64,000 bases of DNA from an uncultured Thalassospira sp. (GCF_963976115.1 NZ_CAXBJJ010000013.1:15012-79011); one strand, 5' to 3'. Counted from the stretch's first letter, positions 29,434 to 40,005 are shown. Numbers and translations are program-made. The notes: a model not told the origin generated them from the sequence alone.

Positions 29434-30864
29434 TCAGGCTTTTTTCGCGGCTTGCTGTTCCGCCCAAAGCTGTTTGAATGTTTTACCCTGCGGGGCGGGC
29501 AAATCGCGAATATCAGTCCAGCCACGGGCCAGCGGCAATTTATGAATGGCCCGCTTGCGCCCGCCGATTGATTTTAGAACCCTGGCGGCAAAACCGGTGG
29601 CAAACTGATACAGTTTTGGTCGGCTGGCCATCCAGGCCCAGGCCTGAATCCCGAACCGCATCGATTGCGGACCCAGATGTTTTTCAAATTCGCGTTCGCG
29701 CCAATGGCGCATCATTTTCGGCAAAGGAATGCGCATCGGGCACACTTCTTCGCATTTGCCACAAAAGGTCGATGCATTGGGCAAATGCCCGGCTTCTTCC
29801 ACCCCGATCAGCGACGGTGTTAAAACCGACCCCATCGGCCCCGGATACACCCAGCCATAGGCATGACCGCCCACCGCCCCGTAAACCGGGCAATGGTTCA
29901 TACAGGCGGCACAGCGAATACAGCGCAACATGTCCTGAAATTCAGTGCCCAACATGTTGGACCGGCCATTGTCAAGCAAAATCACATGATATTCTTCTGG
30001 CCCGTCAAGGTCTTCACTCCGGCGGGGACCGGTTGAAAATGTGGTATAAGATGACATTTCCTGCCCGGTGGCCGACCGTGCGAGAACCCGCAAAATTGTC
30101 GAAGCATCTTCAAGGGTTGGCACCACCTTTTCCAGGCTGGCAATCGCGATATGCACCTTCGAAAGGGTCTGGGTTAAATCGCCATTTCCCTCATTAGTGA
30201 CAATCACCGAGGTGCCGGTTTCCGCGATCAGAAAATTGGCCCCGGTTATGCCAATATCGGCGGCAAAAAAATGCTCGCGCATGACTTCGCGGGCTTCATC
30301 AAGCAATTCGCGCGGTTCATCAAGCGGGCGGTTAATATCGCGCCCTTTATGGGTCTGGCGAAAGCTCTCGGCGACCTGTTCTTTATGAACATGAATGGCC
30401 GGGGCAATAATATGGCTGGGCGGTTCATGGCGCAGCTGAATGATATATTCACCAAGATCGGTTTCAACGACCTTCAAATCCTGCTTTTCCAAAAAGGCAT
30501 TCAGGCCGATTTCCTCGGAAATCATCGACTTGCCCTTAAGAACCGATTTGGCATCCTTATCCTGGCAAATTTTCAAAACCGTTTGCCGGGCTTCCTCGGC
30601 ATCGGCACACCAATGCACATGGCCGCCATTGGCAATAACATTGGCTTCAAACGCCGTTAAATAATGGTCGAGATTGGCCAGGGTATGGTTTTTAATATCG
30701 CGCGCTGCATCACGTAATTGCTCAAACTCCGGCATTTGGGCAATGGCGGCAGTCCGTTTATCCTTAAATCCGGTTTTCAAACGGCCAAGGGCGCGCTGCA
30801 AACTGGCATCGTTTAAGGCATCATGGGCGTTTTGTTTGAAATTGGGCGATGTCGAATGTTCCAT
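29434..30864 (-). CDS. lutB: lactate utilization iron-sulfur protein B
   Basis: CIRCAACMNHCPVY and CGKCEEVCP ferredoxin-type clusters, plus a DUF162/LUD region. Confidence 0.88.
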   Translation of the reverse strand: MEHSTSPNFKQNAHDALNDASLQRALGRLKTGFKDKRTAAIAQMPEFEQLRDAARDIKNHTLANLDHYLTAFEANVIANGGHVHWCADAEEARQTVLKICQDKDAKSVLKGKSMISEEIGLNAFLEKQDLKVVETDLGEYIIQLRHEPPSHIIAPAIHVHKEQVAESFRQTHKGRDINRPLDEPRELLDEAREVMREHFFAADIGITGANFLIAETGTSVIVTNEGNGDLTQTLSKVHIAIASLEKVVPTLEDASTILRVLARSATGQEMSSYTTFSTGPRRSEDLDGPEEYHVILLDNGRSNMLGTEFQDMLRCIRCAACMNHCPVYGAVGGHAYGWVYPGPMGSVLTPSLIGVEEAGHLPNASTFCGKCEEVCPMRIPLPKMMRHWREREFEKHLGPQSMRFGIQAWAWMASRPKLYQFATGFAARVLKSIGGRKRAIHKLPLARGWTDIRDLPAPQGKTFKQLWAEQQAAKKA

Positions 30865-30867
30865 GAC

Positions 30868-31656
30868 TTACCCCTTTTCCGATCCGGCAATGCCCGGGGC
30901 CGCCATTGTCATATCGGCCAAAACCTCGGCCACATGGCGAACTTCGATATCCGACCCTTCACGGCGCAGCTTGCCAGCCATATTCATCAAACAGCCCATA
31001 TCCCCGGCCAGCAGCATATCGGCACCGCTGTTTTTAATATCGGTGGTTTTGTCGCCCACCATTTTCCCCGAAATTTCAGGATATTTGACGCAAAAAGTAC
31101 CACCAAAACCACAACAGGTTTCGGCTTCCTGCAATTCATTAATCGACAGTCCCTTGACGGAACGCAGCAATTTACGCGGCTGGTCCTTAACCTTTAATTC
31201 GCGCAGGCCCGAACAGCTGTCATGATAAGTGATGCTGCCATCAAAGGCGGCGGCAACCCCTTCGAGTTTCATAACATCGGTCAAAAACGATACCAGTTCC
31301 CAGGTTTTTTCCGCCAGCGCCTTTACCGGTTCGCCCAGTTCAGGGTCATTGGCAAACAGTTCGGGAAAATGCCTGATCATCATACCCGCACATGAACCAC
31401 TCGGTGCAACCACATAATCATGGTCGGCAAACATCGCGATCAGGGGCTTTGCCACCTTGCGCGCCGATGCCAGATCACCGGCATTAAAAGCAGGCTGGCC
31501 ACAACAAACCTGTTCCATCGGCACATCAACAACACAACCGGCTTCCTCAAGCAGCTTGACCGCCGAAAAACCGACCGTTGGGCGAAACATATCAACCAGA
31601 CAGGTCACAAACAGACCAACCCGTGGTTTGGACGTGGACGACGGCGCGAAAGACAT
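30868..31656 (-). CDS. lutA: lactate utilization protein A ((Fe-S)-binding, CCG domains)
   Basis: VGLFVTCLVD, CCG.PA.N, and CCGFGG motifs. Start at 31656 with a GAGGGA Shine-Dalgarno. Confidence 0.85.
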   Translation of the reverse strand: MSFAPSSTSKPRVGLFVTCLVDMFRPTVGFSAVKLLEEAGCVVDVPMEQVCCGQPAFNAGDLASARKVAKPLIAMFADHDYVVAPSGSCAGMMIRHFPELFANDPELGEPVKALAEKTWELVSFLTDVMKLEGVAAAFDGSITYHDSCSGLRELKVKDQPRKLLRSVKGLSINELQEAETCCGFGGTFCVKYPEISGKMVGDKTTDIKNSGADMLLAGDMGCLMNMAGKLRREGSDIEVRHVAEVLADMTMAAPGIAGSEKG

Positions 31657-31731
31657 CCTGGTTCCCTCTCTGATAGGCGCTGGCAGACATGGATTTGCGG
31701 GATATGTCTGCTCTTTTGCCAAAAATATCTA

Positions 31732-31746
31732 ACTGGTATTACCAAT
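31732..31746. promoter_or_regulatory. GntR/FadR-type operator ACTGGTATTACCAAT (PdhR/LldR-like ATTGGT-N3-ACCAAT)
   Basis: Read directly, about 76 nt upstream of the lutA start. Confidence 0.45.
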
Positions 31747-31932
31747 TTTAAAAACCATGGTCCAGTATTTGATGATTGAGGGGACCGATATCTTTAACGA
31801 CCCCAAACAATCGCCGCACGATATTGATTGATTTCACCCATCCCCTTGACGGCAGAGCAAGGCGATGGGATCAATTTTCAAGAGTTATCTGTATATAGAT
31901 ATCAGCAAATAATCCTGTTTTGGGATTATCCA

Positions 31933-32808
31933 TCAATTCATATCGACACAGCCAACATTATGGTTTGCCGGGTCATGTAATGACGAAATAAAATCGCTCT
32001 CCGGGTCGGCATTCAGGCTAAAATCACGGCGCAACTCTAAAAACTGCCCGTCGCGATACAGCTCTTCCAGGCTGGTTTGCAATTTTGCCACATCGCTTTG
32101 CGGGCTATCCTTGCTCAGCGCAAAATAAAGATAACACACCCGGTAACTGGCAAGGCGGCCAACATCTTTAACACCGTCTCTGACATCATTATTGCTGACA
32201 GCTGCGCCTAATGGTGCAGCCCCCATGGCGACAACATCTAACCGGTCACTTAGCAACATCGCCAAAAGCTGATCATCGTGTTGAACAGCAACGATATTTT
32301 TTGCACCGCGTAATTTGAGATAATCCTCGCGGGCCGATCCCATCGCCACACCGATACGGGCAGATGCAAAAATATCGCCCAGTTTCCGACCTGCCCAACC
32401 GGCATTTTTTATGCCATATAAATTCCACACCGTCCGGCTAATGGGGCCAACCCATTTTAACTGATCTTCACGGGCCGCCGTTCGGGTGGTGGGATAAAGA
32501 ACATGCCGGGGACCATACAGGGTTTCCTGATAGGCACGTTTCCAGGGTTGTTGAACCTGCTCTGTAAACCGTAATCCGGCCTTTTTAAAAAGTAACCGCG
32601 TCAACGCGTCAAAAAACAGCTGTTCGGGTCGGCCTTCTTCACCATTTTTCGGGTAACTTTGATGCAATATATAAGGTGTGGTGGCTGATACCGGCGGTGT
32701 TCCGGCCCTGGCCCTGTCGCCGATCCCAAATGCACCAAGAACAAGACCACAACACATCCATTTTGTCAGACAGAACAACGGTCCTTTTTTCTGCCCCATC
32801 AACGCCAC
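31933..32808 (-). CDS. periplasmic solute-binding-protein-like protein (family 3-like), orphan
   Basis: Signal-peptide-like N-terminus and weak resemblance to SBP_bac_3 proteins. No permease or ATPase is nearby. Confidence 0.4.
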   Translation of the reverse strand: MALMGQKKGPLFCLTKWMCCGLVLGAFGIGDRARAGTPPVSATTPYILHQSYPKNGEEGRPEQLFFDALTRLLFKKAGLRFTEQVQQPWKRAYQETLYGPRHVLYPTTRTAAREDQLKWVGPISRTVWNLYGIKNAGWAGRKLGDIFASARIGVAMGSAREDYLKLRGAKNIVAVQHDDQLLAMLLSDRLDVVAMGAAPLGAAVSNNDVRDGVKDVGRLASYRVCYLYFALSKDSPQSDVAKLQTSLEELYRDGQFLELRRDFSLNADPESDFISSLHDPANHNVGCVDMN

Positions 32809-32820
32809 CCCGACTGATGT

Positions 32821-33519
32821 TTATTCTTTTAACCAGAGCGCATCTGTAATTTTTTCAGAAATATAGGCCTGATGCGCGGCAATTTCTTCGGGTTTTGCCA
32901 CATGAGGACGTGGTGCCCGAAACGGTTTGGATGATTGCCCTGCCCGCACAGCCTGGTCTTTGTCAGACTGCGCCTGCGCATTGGGATCAAGGATCAACCC
33001 GTGCTGGCGCCCACCTAACAATTCCAGATAAACCAGTGCCAACAAATCCGAGTCAAGCAAGGCGCCGTGCAAGGTACGATTGGAATTGTCGATCTTGAAG
33101 CGACGGCACAACGCATCAAGGCTGACCGGCGAGCCGGGAAATTTTTTGCGCGCCATTTGTACTGTATCAATCGCGCGGTCTTTGGCGATCAACGGTTTGT
33201 TTAACCATCCCAGCTCTGCATTCAGAAACTTCATATCGAATGCGGCATTGTGAATGATCAATTTTGAATCATCGCCGATAAATTTAATAAAATCATCGAC
33301 CACTTCGGCAAAAACCGGTTGCTTTGCCAAAAATTCATCGCCCAACCCATGCACATCAAAGGCTTCCTTGGGCATACTGCGCTGCGGATTGATATATTGG
33401 TGATAGTGCTCGCCCGTCGCCATATGATTGATCAGTTCGATACAACCAATTTCAACCAGCCGATGATCGGCATAAGGGTCAAGGCCAGTGGTTTCTGTAT
33501 CGAGAACGATTTCGCGCAT
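32821..33519 (-). CDS. dnaQ: DNA polymerase III epsilon subunit (3'-5' exonuclease)
   Basis: [18 protein letters not shown], and HGALLDS Exo motifs. Confidence 0.92.
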   Translation of the reverse strand: MREIVLDTETTGLDPYADHRLVEIGCIELINHMATGEHYHQYINPQRSMPKEAFDVHGLGDEFLAKQPVFAEVVDDFIKFIGDDSKLIIHNAAFDMKFLNAELGWLNKPLIAKDRAIDTVQMARKKFPGSPVSLDALCRRFKIDNSNRTLHGALLDSDLLALVYLELLGGRQHGLILDPNAQAQSDKDQAVRAGQSSKPFRAPRPHVAKPEEIAAHQAYISEKITDALWLKE

Positions 33520-33520
33520 T

Positions 33521-34123
33521 TCAGATCCGTTTATTCCGATTGTTCAATTGTTTGATAATGGACTGAATCGCCCTGAATGTCACCGCACGACCCAGCCCGG
33601 TGGGAATAATAAAATCCGCCCGGCGGCGTTTTTCAAAGTCAGGCAGCTGTTTTTGCAAAATCCCGGCAAATTTCTGTTCGCTCATGCCCGCACGCCGCAA
33701 TACACGCTGGCGCTGGATAAAGGCCGGGGCAGATACCACCGCAACATAATCACATTGTTTGTCACCACCGGTTTCAAACAATAATGGTACATCAAGCACC
33801 ACAACACGGTATTTTGCCCGTCGGCAATTACGGATAAAGTCATCGCGCTTCGCCCGGATAAGCGGATGCAAAATACCTTCCAGCCGGGCCAGCGCCACCC
33901 TGTCACCAAAAACCTGTTCACCTAACAATTGCCGGTCAATTTTACCCTTCACAATCACATCGGGAAAGACGGTAGCAATATCGTCAAACGCCGCCCCACC
34001 CGGTGCTGTCAGGGAATGGGCATCGGCATCGGCATCATAAACCGGCACCCCAAGATAACGAAACATGCCCGCCGCCGTCGATTTCCCCATTCCGATAGAT
34101 CCGGTAAGGCCAAGAATATCCAT
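33521..34123 (-). CDS. coaE: dephospho-CoA kinase
   Basis: [14 protein letters not shown]-loop, 200 aa. Confidence 0.9.
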   Translation of the reverse strand: MDILGLTGSIGMGKSTAAGMFRYLGVPVYDADADAHSLTAPGGAAFDDIATVFPDVIVKGKIDRQLLGEQVFGDRVALARLEGILHPLIRAKRDDFIRNCRRAKYRVVVLDVPLLFETGGDKQCDYVAVVSAPAFIQRQRVLRRAGMSEQKFAGILQKQLPDFEKRRRADFIIPTGLGRAVTFRAIQSIIKQLNNRNKRI

Positions 34124-34143
34124 TTTGGAAATAACCTTTATCC

Positions 34144-35010
34144 TTAAACCGGCGAAAGAACAAATTCACGCAACGCAGATGTCACAACAGGATCAATACC
34201 AAACCATTTATGAAAACCCGGCCTTGCCTGATGCAGCAACATGCCCAAGCCATCCACCACCTGGTTTCCCCGTGCTTCGGCCTGAAGCAGAAAATCGGTT
34301 TTAAGCGGCGCATAGACAATATCGGTGACGATGGTGTTTTGCGCCATCCCGGCCAAATCAATTTCCAGCGCCGGTTGGCCGATCATGCCCAAACTGGTGG
34401 TATTCACCAGCAGTGAGGCATCACAAAGATCAGCATCGCCAATTGGCCCGTTAACCACCGTAATGCGGTCATCGCCAATTTCATCGGCAAGGTCGTGTGC
34501 GCGCTTGGCTGTGCGATTGATCAGGCGTATTTGCGGGCAATTTTCGTCTAACAACGCAACAATCACCGCCCGCGATGCACCACCGGCCCCCAAAATAACG
34601 GCCGGGCCTGATGAAAAATCAATATCGGGCACAGATTGGCGCAAATTTTCGATAAAACCAAATCCATCGGTATTATCGCCCAGAATTTTACCATCTGCCG
34701 AAAATGTAACGGTATTTACCGCCCCGATGCGTTTTGCCCGGTCGCTTAATTCGTCACAAACGGCAAAAACAGCCTGTTTGAACGGAATGGTTACATTAAC
34801 CCCGGCAAATCCCAGATCGCGCAAGGCACGCACCGATGCTGCGAAATTTTCGGGTGCCACAGGCAGGGGCATATAACTGCCATCCACCCCGTATTTCGCC
34901 AGCCAATAGCCCTGTAACCGCGGGGATTTTGAATGGGAAACAGGCCAGCCCATCACACCGGCCAATCGCGATGTCCCGGACAATGTATGAATAGCAACCA
35001 GATTGCTCAT
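34144..35010 (-). CDS. aroE: shikimate dehydrogenase
   Basis: G.PV.HS.SP..., NVTIPFK, GAVNT, NTD..G, and LGAGGA motifs. Confidence 0.9.
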   Translation of the reverse strand: MSNLVAIHTLSGTSRLAGVMGWPVSHSKSPRLQGYWLAKYGVDGSYMPLPVAPENFAASVRALRDLGFAGVNVTIPFKQAVFAVCDELSDRAKRIGAVNTVTFSADGKILGDNTDGFGFIENLRQSVPDIDFSSGPAVILGAGGASRAVIVALLDENCPQIRLINRTAKRAHDLADEIGDDRITVVNGPIGDADLCDASLLVNTTSLGMIGQPALEIDLAGMAQNTIVTDIVYAPLKTDFLLQAEARGNQVVDGLGMLLHQARPGFHKWFGIDPVVTSALREFVLSPV

Positions 35011-35060
35011 AAATCAATTTCCGCTGTTTTTGGCAAATTCAGGTAATCAGATATATCTAA

Positions 35061-35657
35061 CTACGCTTTTAATACCCCGTGATCGCGTAAAAAGCCGATC
35101 AGGGGCAAAAGCGGCATCCCCAGAACGGTGAAATAATCACCTTTAACCTCGGTAAACAATTGCGCGCCCAATCCTTCAAGCTGATATCCGCCAACGCAGT
35201 GGAAAATGTCTTCTCCTGCCTGGTCAAGATACCATTCCAGCCATTCATCGCTAAAATTGCGCATGGTTAAATGGGCTGTATCAATTTTGCCCCAAATCCG
35301 CGATCCTTCCTTATAGACAACCGCCGCCGATACCAACTGGTGGCGCTTGCCCCGCAAGGCCCGCAATTGCGCCCGTGTCTGATCACGATCCACCGGTTTG
35401 TCAAACCATACACCATTGCATTCCAGCATTTGGTCGGCAGCAATCACGATGGCTTCGGGACGTTGGCGATACATGCGCAAGGCCTTCATTTCCGCCAGGG
35501 TTTCGGCAGCTTCCATCGCCGATGCCCCTTCAGATTTCATCGCCTGTTTATATCCGTCTTCATCAATCATCGAGGCAACGGCTTCGCATTCAATACCGGC
35601 ATTTTGCAACATTTGCTGCCGGGCCTTGCTGCTTGATGCCAAAATAAGACGGTTCAT
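35061..35657 (-). CDS. maf: Maf-like nucleoside-triphosphate pyrophosphatase
   Basis: LILASSS.AR...L, GAY.I.G motifs. Confidence 0.88.
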   Translation of the reverse strand: MNRLILASSSKARQQMLQNAGIECEAVASMIDEDGYKQAMKSEGASAMEAAETLAEMKALRMYRQRPEAIVIAADQMLECNGVWFDKPVDRDQTRAQLRALRGKRHQLVSAAVVYKEGSRIWGKIDTAHLTMRNFSDEWLEWYLDQAGEDIFHCVGGYQLEGLGAQLFTEVKGDYFTVLGMPLLPLIGFLRDHGVLKA

Positions 35658-36484
35658 TCTTTTTCCTCCCGGCGATCATTCAATGTTGCCATGATCATTG
35701 CTGCTGTTTCTTCAATCGATCTGCGGGTGACGTTGATAATTTTCCAGTTGCGTTCGGTAAAATACCGCCGCGCCTGAAAAACCTCGGCCCGAACCGCAAC
35801 CGGGTCAACATAATCGCCCCCCTCGCCCCGTTCTATCTGACGTAAACGATTTTTACGAATAGATACCAGCTGATCGACATCTTTGATCAATCCAATCACC
35901 AGCGGATTTTTTAACTGATCAAGTTCCGGGGGTAACGGGCAGCTTGGCACAAACGGAATATTCGCCGCCTTAATGCCGCGATTGGCCAGATAAACCGATG
36001 TCGGCGTTTTTGACGTCCGCGATACCCCGACAATCACCACATCAGCCTCTTCCAAATCCCAGGTCGCCTGTCCATCATCATGGCTAAGGGCATAATCAAT
36101 CGCTTCGATGCGATTAAAATAATCCTCGTCCATTTTATGAAGGGCACCAATGCGCCCCCGTGATTGCTGGCCCAGATAGCCCGCCATCATGGTGATGGTG
36201 GTATCAAGCACATGACTGTGCGGAACCTGCATGCGTCGGCACCCTTCTTCCAGCTTGCGGCGAATTTCACTGTTAAAAACTGTATAAAGAACAATTCCCG
36301 GATGGCGTTCAATATCGGCAAGGACACGTGCCAGCTGGGCATCGGTTCTGATCAGCGGCCAGACATGTTCATGGGCATGAACGTCGGGAAACTGCGCAAC
36401 ACAGGCTCTTGCAACCCCGTCTACCGTTTCACCTGTGGAATCAGAAACAAGGTGCAGATGAAAAATACTGGTTTGGTCGCTCAT
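35654..36484 (-). CDS. pyruvate,phosphate dikinase / PEP synthase regulatory kinase-phosphorylase (DUF299; RP001 homolog)
   Basis: HLVSDSTGET and GVSRTSKTPTS motifs. 4-nt overlap with maf. Confidence 0.88.
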   Translation of the reverse strand: MSDQTSIFHLHLVSDSTGETVDGVARACVAQFPDVHAHEHVWPLIRTDAQLARVLADIERHPGIVLYTVFNSEIRRKLEEGCRRMQVPHSHVLDTTITMMAGYLGQQSRGRIGALHKMDEDYFNRIEAIDYALSHDDGQATWDLEEADVVIVGVSRTSKTPTSVYLANRGIKAANIPFVPSCPLPPELDQLKNPLVIGLIKDVDQLVSIRKNRLRQIERGEGGDYVDPVAVRAEVFQARRYFTERNWKIINVTRRSIEETAAMIMATLNDRREEKE

Positions 36485-37013
36485 ATCTGCTCCGTTGGAA
36501 ATGCCTGTTTTTTACGCACTTAAAAATCGCTTTTTTCAAATCAGGAGTCGCGCCTGTGGATAAATGTGCATAACGGGTGCGACTCCGGCAAAATTCATCA
36601 GACGAATTTTATCCTCAACCCTTTACAATTTTCCTCAAACTACTTGTCCCGCTATGGATAACCGGAAAATTTTTTTCCTGATAGCAGGGATAACGAGCAC
36701 AGAACCAGTTTAATCCCCGTTATCCCCATTATGCAAAATCGTCTTTTCCCAAGGCAGACTCTGAGAGTCGTTCGGAGTCGTCCCCAGTTTTCCCCAAGAT
36801 CGATTGCGACGGATCAAATTATCCGAGTCGCAATGTGGATAAGATGTGCACCAAATTTAATCCCGGTTATCCACAGGCATCCACTAACAAACAACATCCT
36901 TTTTTATTTAAAGTGGTTTTGTTAGAGAGACGGTGGAAAAAACGCATGGATAGGCCACGACCCATTTTGGGCACCGTGGACCGGGGATCGAAAAACAGGA
37001 ACTGGACAGATAT
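36485..37013. other. chromosomal replication origin (oriC)
   Basis: Perfect DnaA boxes at 36555-36563 (TGTGGATAA), 36834-36842 (TGTGGATAA) and 36867-36875 (TTATCCACA). One- to two-mismatch boxes at 36653-61, 36685-93, 36720-28 and 36819-27. Six GANTC sites within 36545-36829. T-rich stretch at 36895-36930. Conserved DUF299|ori|hemE context, with gene orientation diverging from this region. Confidence 0.8.
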
Positions 37014-38051
37014 ATGCCTCATCAAAAAAAACTGTTTCTGCGTGCGTTAGCCGGTGAAACCCTGCCAACGCCACCGATCTGGCTTATGCGTCAGGCTGGT
37101 CGCTATTTACCCGAATATCGGGCAACCCGTACCAAAGCAGGTTCATTCCTCGATCTTTGCTATAACCCCGATCTTGCCTGCGAAGTTACCCTGCAACCTT
37201 TGCGCCGCTATGACTTTGATGCTGCCATTTTGTTTTCCGACATTCTGGTCATCCCACAAGCGCTGGGGCAGCATTTAGCATTCAAGCAGGGGGAAGGCCC
37301 CCAATTGGACCCCATACGTGATCAGGCTGGCCTTACACGCCTGAATATCGATAATATTCACGATGTGCTGGGGCCAATTTACGAAACGGTTGCCAAACTG
37401 TCTTCTGCCATTCCCGATCATACCACACTTATCGGTTTTGCCGGTGCCCCCTGGACGGTTGCGACCTATATGGTCGAAGGCAAAGGCAGCAAGGATTTTG
37501 CCAATATTCGCCGGTTTGCCTATGGCGACCCCGAAGGCTTTTCAACATTGATCGACATTCTGGTCGAAGCAACCAGCCAATATCTGCTGGCCCAGATCAA
37601 GGCCGGGGCTGAAACCATTCAGCTGTTTGAAACCTGGGGCGGGGTTTTGTCTGAAAACGGTTTTCATCGCTGGGTGATAGAACCAACCCGCAAAATCGTT
37701 CAAAACATCAAGGCTGAATACCCGGATATGCCGATTATTGGCTTTCCAAGGGGAGCCGGTTTGCATTTACTGGATTTTAAAAATCTGACCGGTGTCGATG
37801 CGGTGGGGCTTGATAGTGGCGTTCCCCTTAAATGGGTGGCAGAAAATCTGCAAAAACTGGGTCCGGTTCAGGGCAATCTTGATCCGATGTATCTGATTAC
37901 CGGTGGTGATGAAATGCTGGCTGAAACGCGCCGGATTTTAACCACGCTGGGCAATGGTCCGTTTATTTTCAATCTTGGTCACGGGATTACGCCGGAAACA
38001 CCGCCGGAAAATGTCGGAAAGCTGGTTGATTTCATTCGCAAGGGTGAATGA
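37014..38051 (+). CDS. hemE: uroporphyrinogen decarboxylase
   Basis: [17 protein letters not shown] signature, 345 aa. Confidence 0.95.
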   Translation: MPHQKKLFLRALAGETLPTPPIWLMRQAGRYLPEYRATRTKAGSFLDLCYNPDLACEVTLQPLRRYDFDAAILFSDILVIPQALGQHLAFKQGEGPQLDPIRDQAGLTRLNIDNIHDVLGPIYETVAKLSSAIPDHTTLIGFAGAPWTVATYMVEGKGSKDFANIRRFAYGDPEGFSTLIDILVEATSQYLLAQIKAGAETIQLFETWGGVLSENGFHRWVIEPTRKIVQNIKAEYPDMPIIGFPRGAGLHLLDFKNLTGVDAVGLDSGVPLKWVAENLQKLGPVQGNLDPMYLITGGDEMLAETRRILTTLGNGPFIFNLGHGITPETPPENVGKLVDFIRKGE

Positions 38052-38219
38052 TTTCTTTCATCTATGAAATCCATTGGAAAAATCAATTCGTAATGAAGGT
38101 TAACTTCATTGCTTTTAGGGTTTTCCCCCGTCATCCTTAACCACAGGGACGGGACGGATTTTGTGATTTACGACTCAGATGTGTTTTCCGGTTTTCTGGA
38201 ATGCCAAAAGGATTTTTCG

Positions 38220-39314
38220 ATGTCCGATCAAGTTAAAAAGAAACGTGCCATCATCTTGTTCAACCTTGGCGGTCCTGATGGTCCCGATGCTGTAAAACCG
38301 TTTTTATTCAATCTTTTTAATGATCCGGCCATTATCAGCCTGCCGAATCCGTTTCGGTATTTGCTGGCAAAACTGATTTCATCGCGCCGGGCACCGGTTG
38401 CCCAGGAAATTTATGCGCATCTTGGTGGCAAATCTCCTTTGCTGGAATTGACCCAGGATCAGGCCAATGCTCTGCAAACCACCCTGAATGACAGTGACAA
38501 TGGTTTTGAAAACCGCTGTTTCATTGCCATGCGGTACTGGAAACCCTTTGCCGATGAAACAGCAAAACAGGTTAAATCCTGGGGTGCTGATGAAATGATT
38601 TTGCTGCCGCTTTACCCGCAATTTTCAACCACGACCAGCGGGTCATCGGTCAGGGACTGGAAAGAAGCCTGTTGTAAAATCGGTTTAACCACGCCAATGA
38701 AAACGGCCTGCTGTTACCCCACCAATCCTGGCTTCATCGATGCAACAGCCGATATGGTGAAGGAAGGGTATCAACGCGCCCAGGATCAGAATAAAGGAGC
38801 CCCGCGCCTTTTGTTTTCTGCTCATGGTGTGCCCAAGGCGGTTATTACCAAACGCCAGGACCCTTACCAGTCACAAATTGAAAAATCGGCCCAGGCCGTT
38901 GTCGATAAAATGGCCATTCCCGGGTTAGACTGGATAGTCTGTTATCAAAGTAAGGTTGGGCCGATGGAATGGATCGGACCATCAACCGAAGACGAAATTA
39001 AACGAGCTGGCAAGGATGGCGTGCCTTTGGTGATTGTTCCGATCGCCTTTGTAACCGAACATTCCGAAACACTGGTCGAACTTGATATTGAATATCGTGA
39101 AATTGCCGACCATTTGAAAATTCCGGTTTATGAACGGGTGCGAACTGTGTGTTCACATTCAAAATTCATTGCCGGTCTCGCAAATGTGATTGAAGAAACC
39201 CAGAGAGAACTCGACCAAAACGGTATTGATAACGATAGTGCTCAAACCCGTGGCTGGTGGTGTCCCGATGATCACGTTTGTGCAACGGCCCTGCAACCGG
39301 GTTCTGCGCGCTGA
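38220..39314 (+). CDS. hemH: ferrochelatase
   Basis: AIILFNLGGPD, YPQFS.TT, and FSAHG.P motifs. Start taken at MSDQVKKK (38220). Confidence 0.92.
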   Translation: MSDQVKKKRAIILFNLGGPDGPDAVKPFLFNLFNDPAIISLPNPFRYLLAKLISSRRAPVAQEIYAHLGGKSPLLELTQDQANALQTTLNDSDNGFENRCFIAMRYWKPFADETAKQVKSWGADEMILLPLYPQFSTTTSGSSVRDWKEACCKIGLTTPMKTACCYPTNPGFIDATADMVKEGYQRAQDQNKGAPRLLFSAHGVPKAVITKRQDPYQSQIEKSAQAVVDKMAIPGLDWIVCYQSKVGPMEWIGPSTEDEIKRAGKDGVPLVIVPIAFVTEHSETLVELDIEYREIADHLKIPVYERVRTVCSHSKFIAGLANVIEETQRELDQNGIDNDSAQTRGWWCPDDHVCATALQPGSAR

Positions 39315-39350
39315 TCAGCCTGCTTTTTAAAAATCACAACCGAGAGATCG

Positions 39351-39779
39351 ATGGATTTATATAGCATTGTCAAATCCCTGCACGTCATCAGCGTTATTGC
39401 CTGGATGGCGGGTCTGCTGTATCTGCCCCGGCTTTACGTTTATCATTGCGATGTAACGCCAGGTTCCGAGGCAGACGAGAAATTCAAGGTCATGGAACGG
39501 CGCCTGCTGCGCGCCATTATGAACCCGGCAATGATCGCAACCTGGATTTTTGGCGGCTATCTGATCAGCGCCAGCGGTGCCATGATGGAAGGCTGGTTTC
39601 ATGTGAAACTTCTGTGTGTGGTTCTGATGACCATTGCCCATATGATGCTGGCAAAATATCGTCGGGGCTTTGCCGAAGGTGCCAATACCAAATCAGCAAA
39701 ATTTTATCGGGTTTTCAACGAAGTCCCGACAATCCTCATGATCATCATTGTTTTCATGGTGATCGGAAAGCCGTTTTGA
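39351..39779 (+). CDS. hemJ: protoporphyrinogen oxidase HemJ
   Basis: KSLHVISVIAWMAGLLYLPRLYVYH, 142 aa, four TM segments. Confidence 0.85.
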   Translation: MDLYSIVKSLHVISVIAWMAGLLYLPRLYVYHCDVTPGSEADEKFKVMERRLLRAIMNPAMIATWIFGGYLISASGAMMEGWFHVKLLCVVLMTIAHMMLAKYRRGFAEGANTKSAKFYRVFNEVPTILMIIIVFMVIGKPF

Positions 39780-39926
39780 TCTTGTAATGCCAGTTCCTGA
39801 TCAGAATAACTTATCGAGAACCGGTTTTACGCATGATGCCACAGCGTGGCCTGTGAAGCGATTGCCAAGGACTTAACAAGGCCCTCATTCGGCTTTTGAT
39901 ATTATCTTTAATATTATCCAAAATAC

Positions 39927-39958
39927 AAAAAAACCCCGCCATTTTGGCGGGGTTTTTA
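39927..39958. terminator. bidirectional intrinsic terminator (A-run, AACCCCGCC-atttt-GGCGGGGTT, T-run) between hemJ and secB
   Basis: Read directly. Confidence 0.8.
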
Positions 39959-40005
39959 GATATTAGGTTATCCATCTGATTTTAAAATCAGATAAACTTG
40001 TATGA

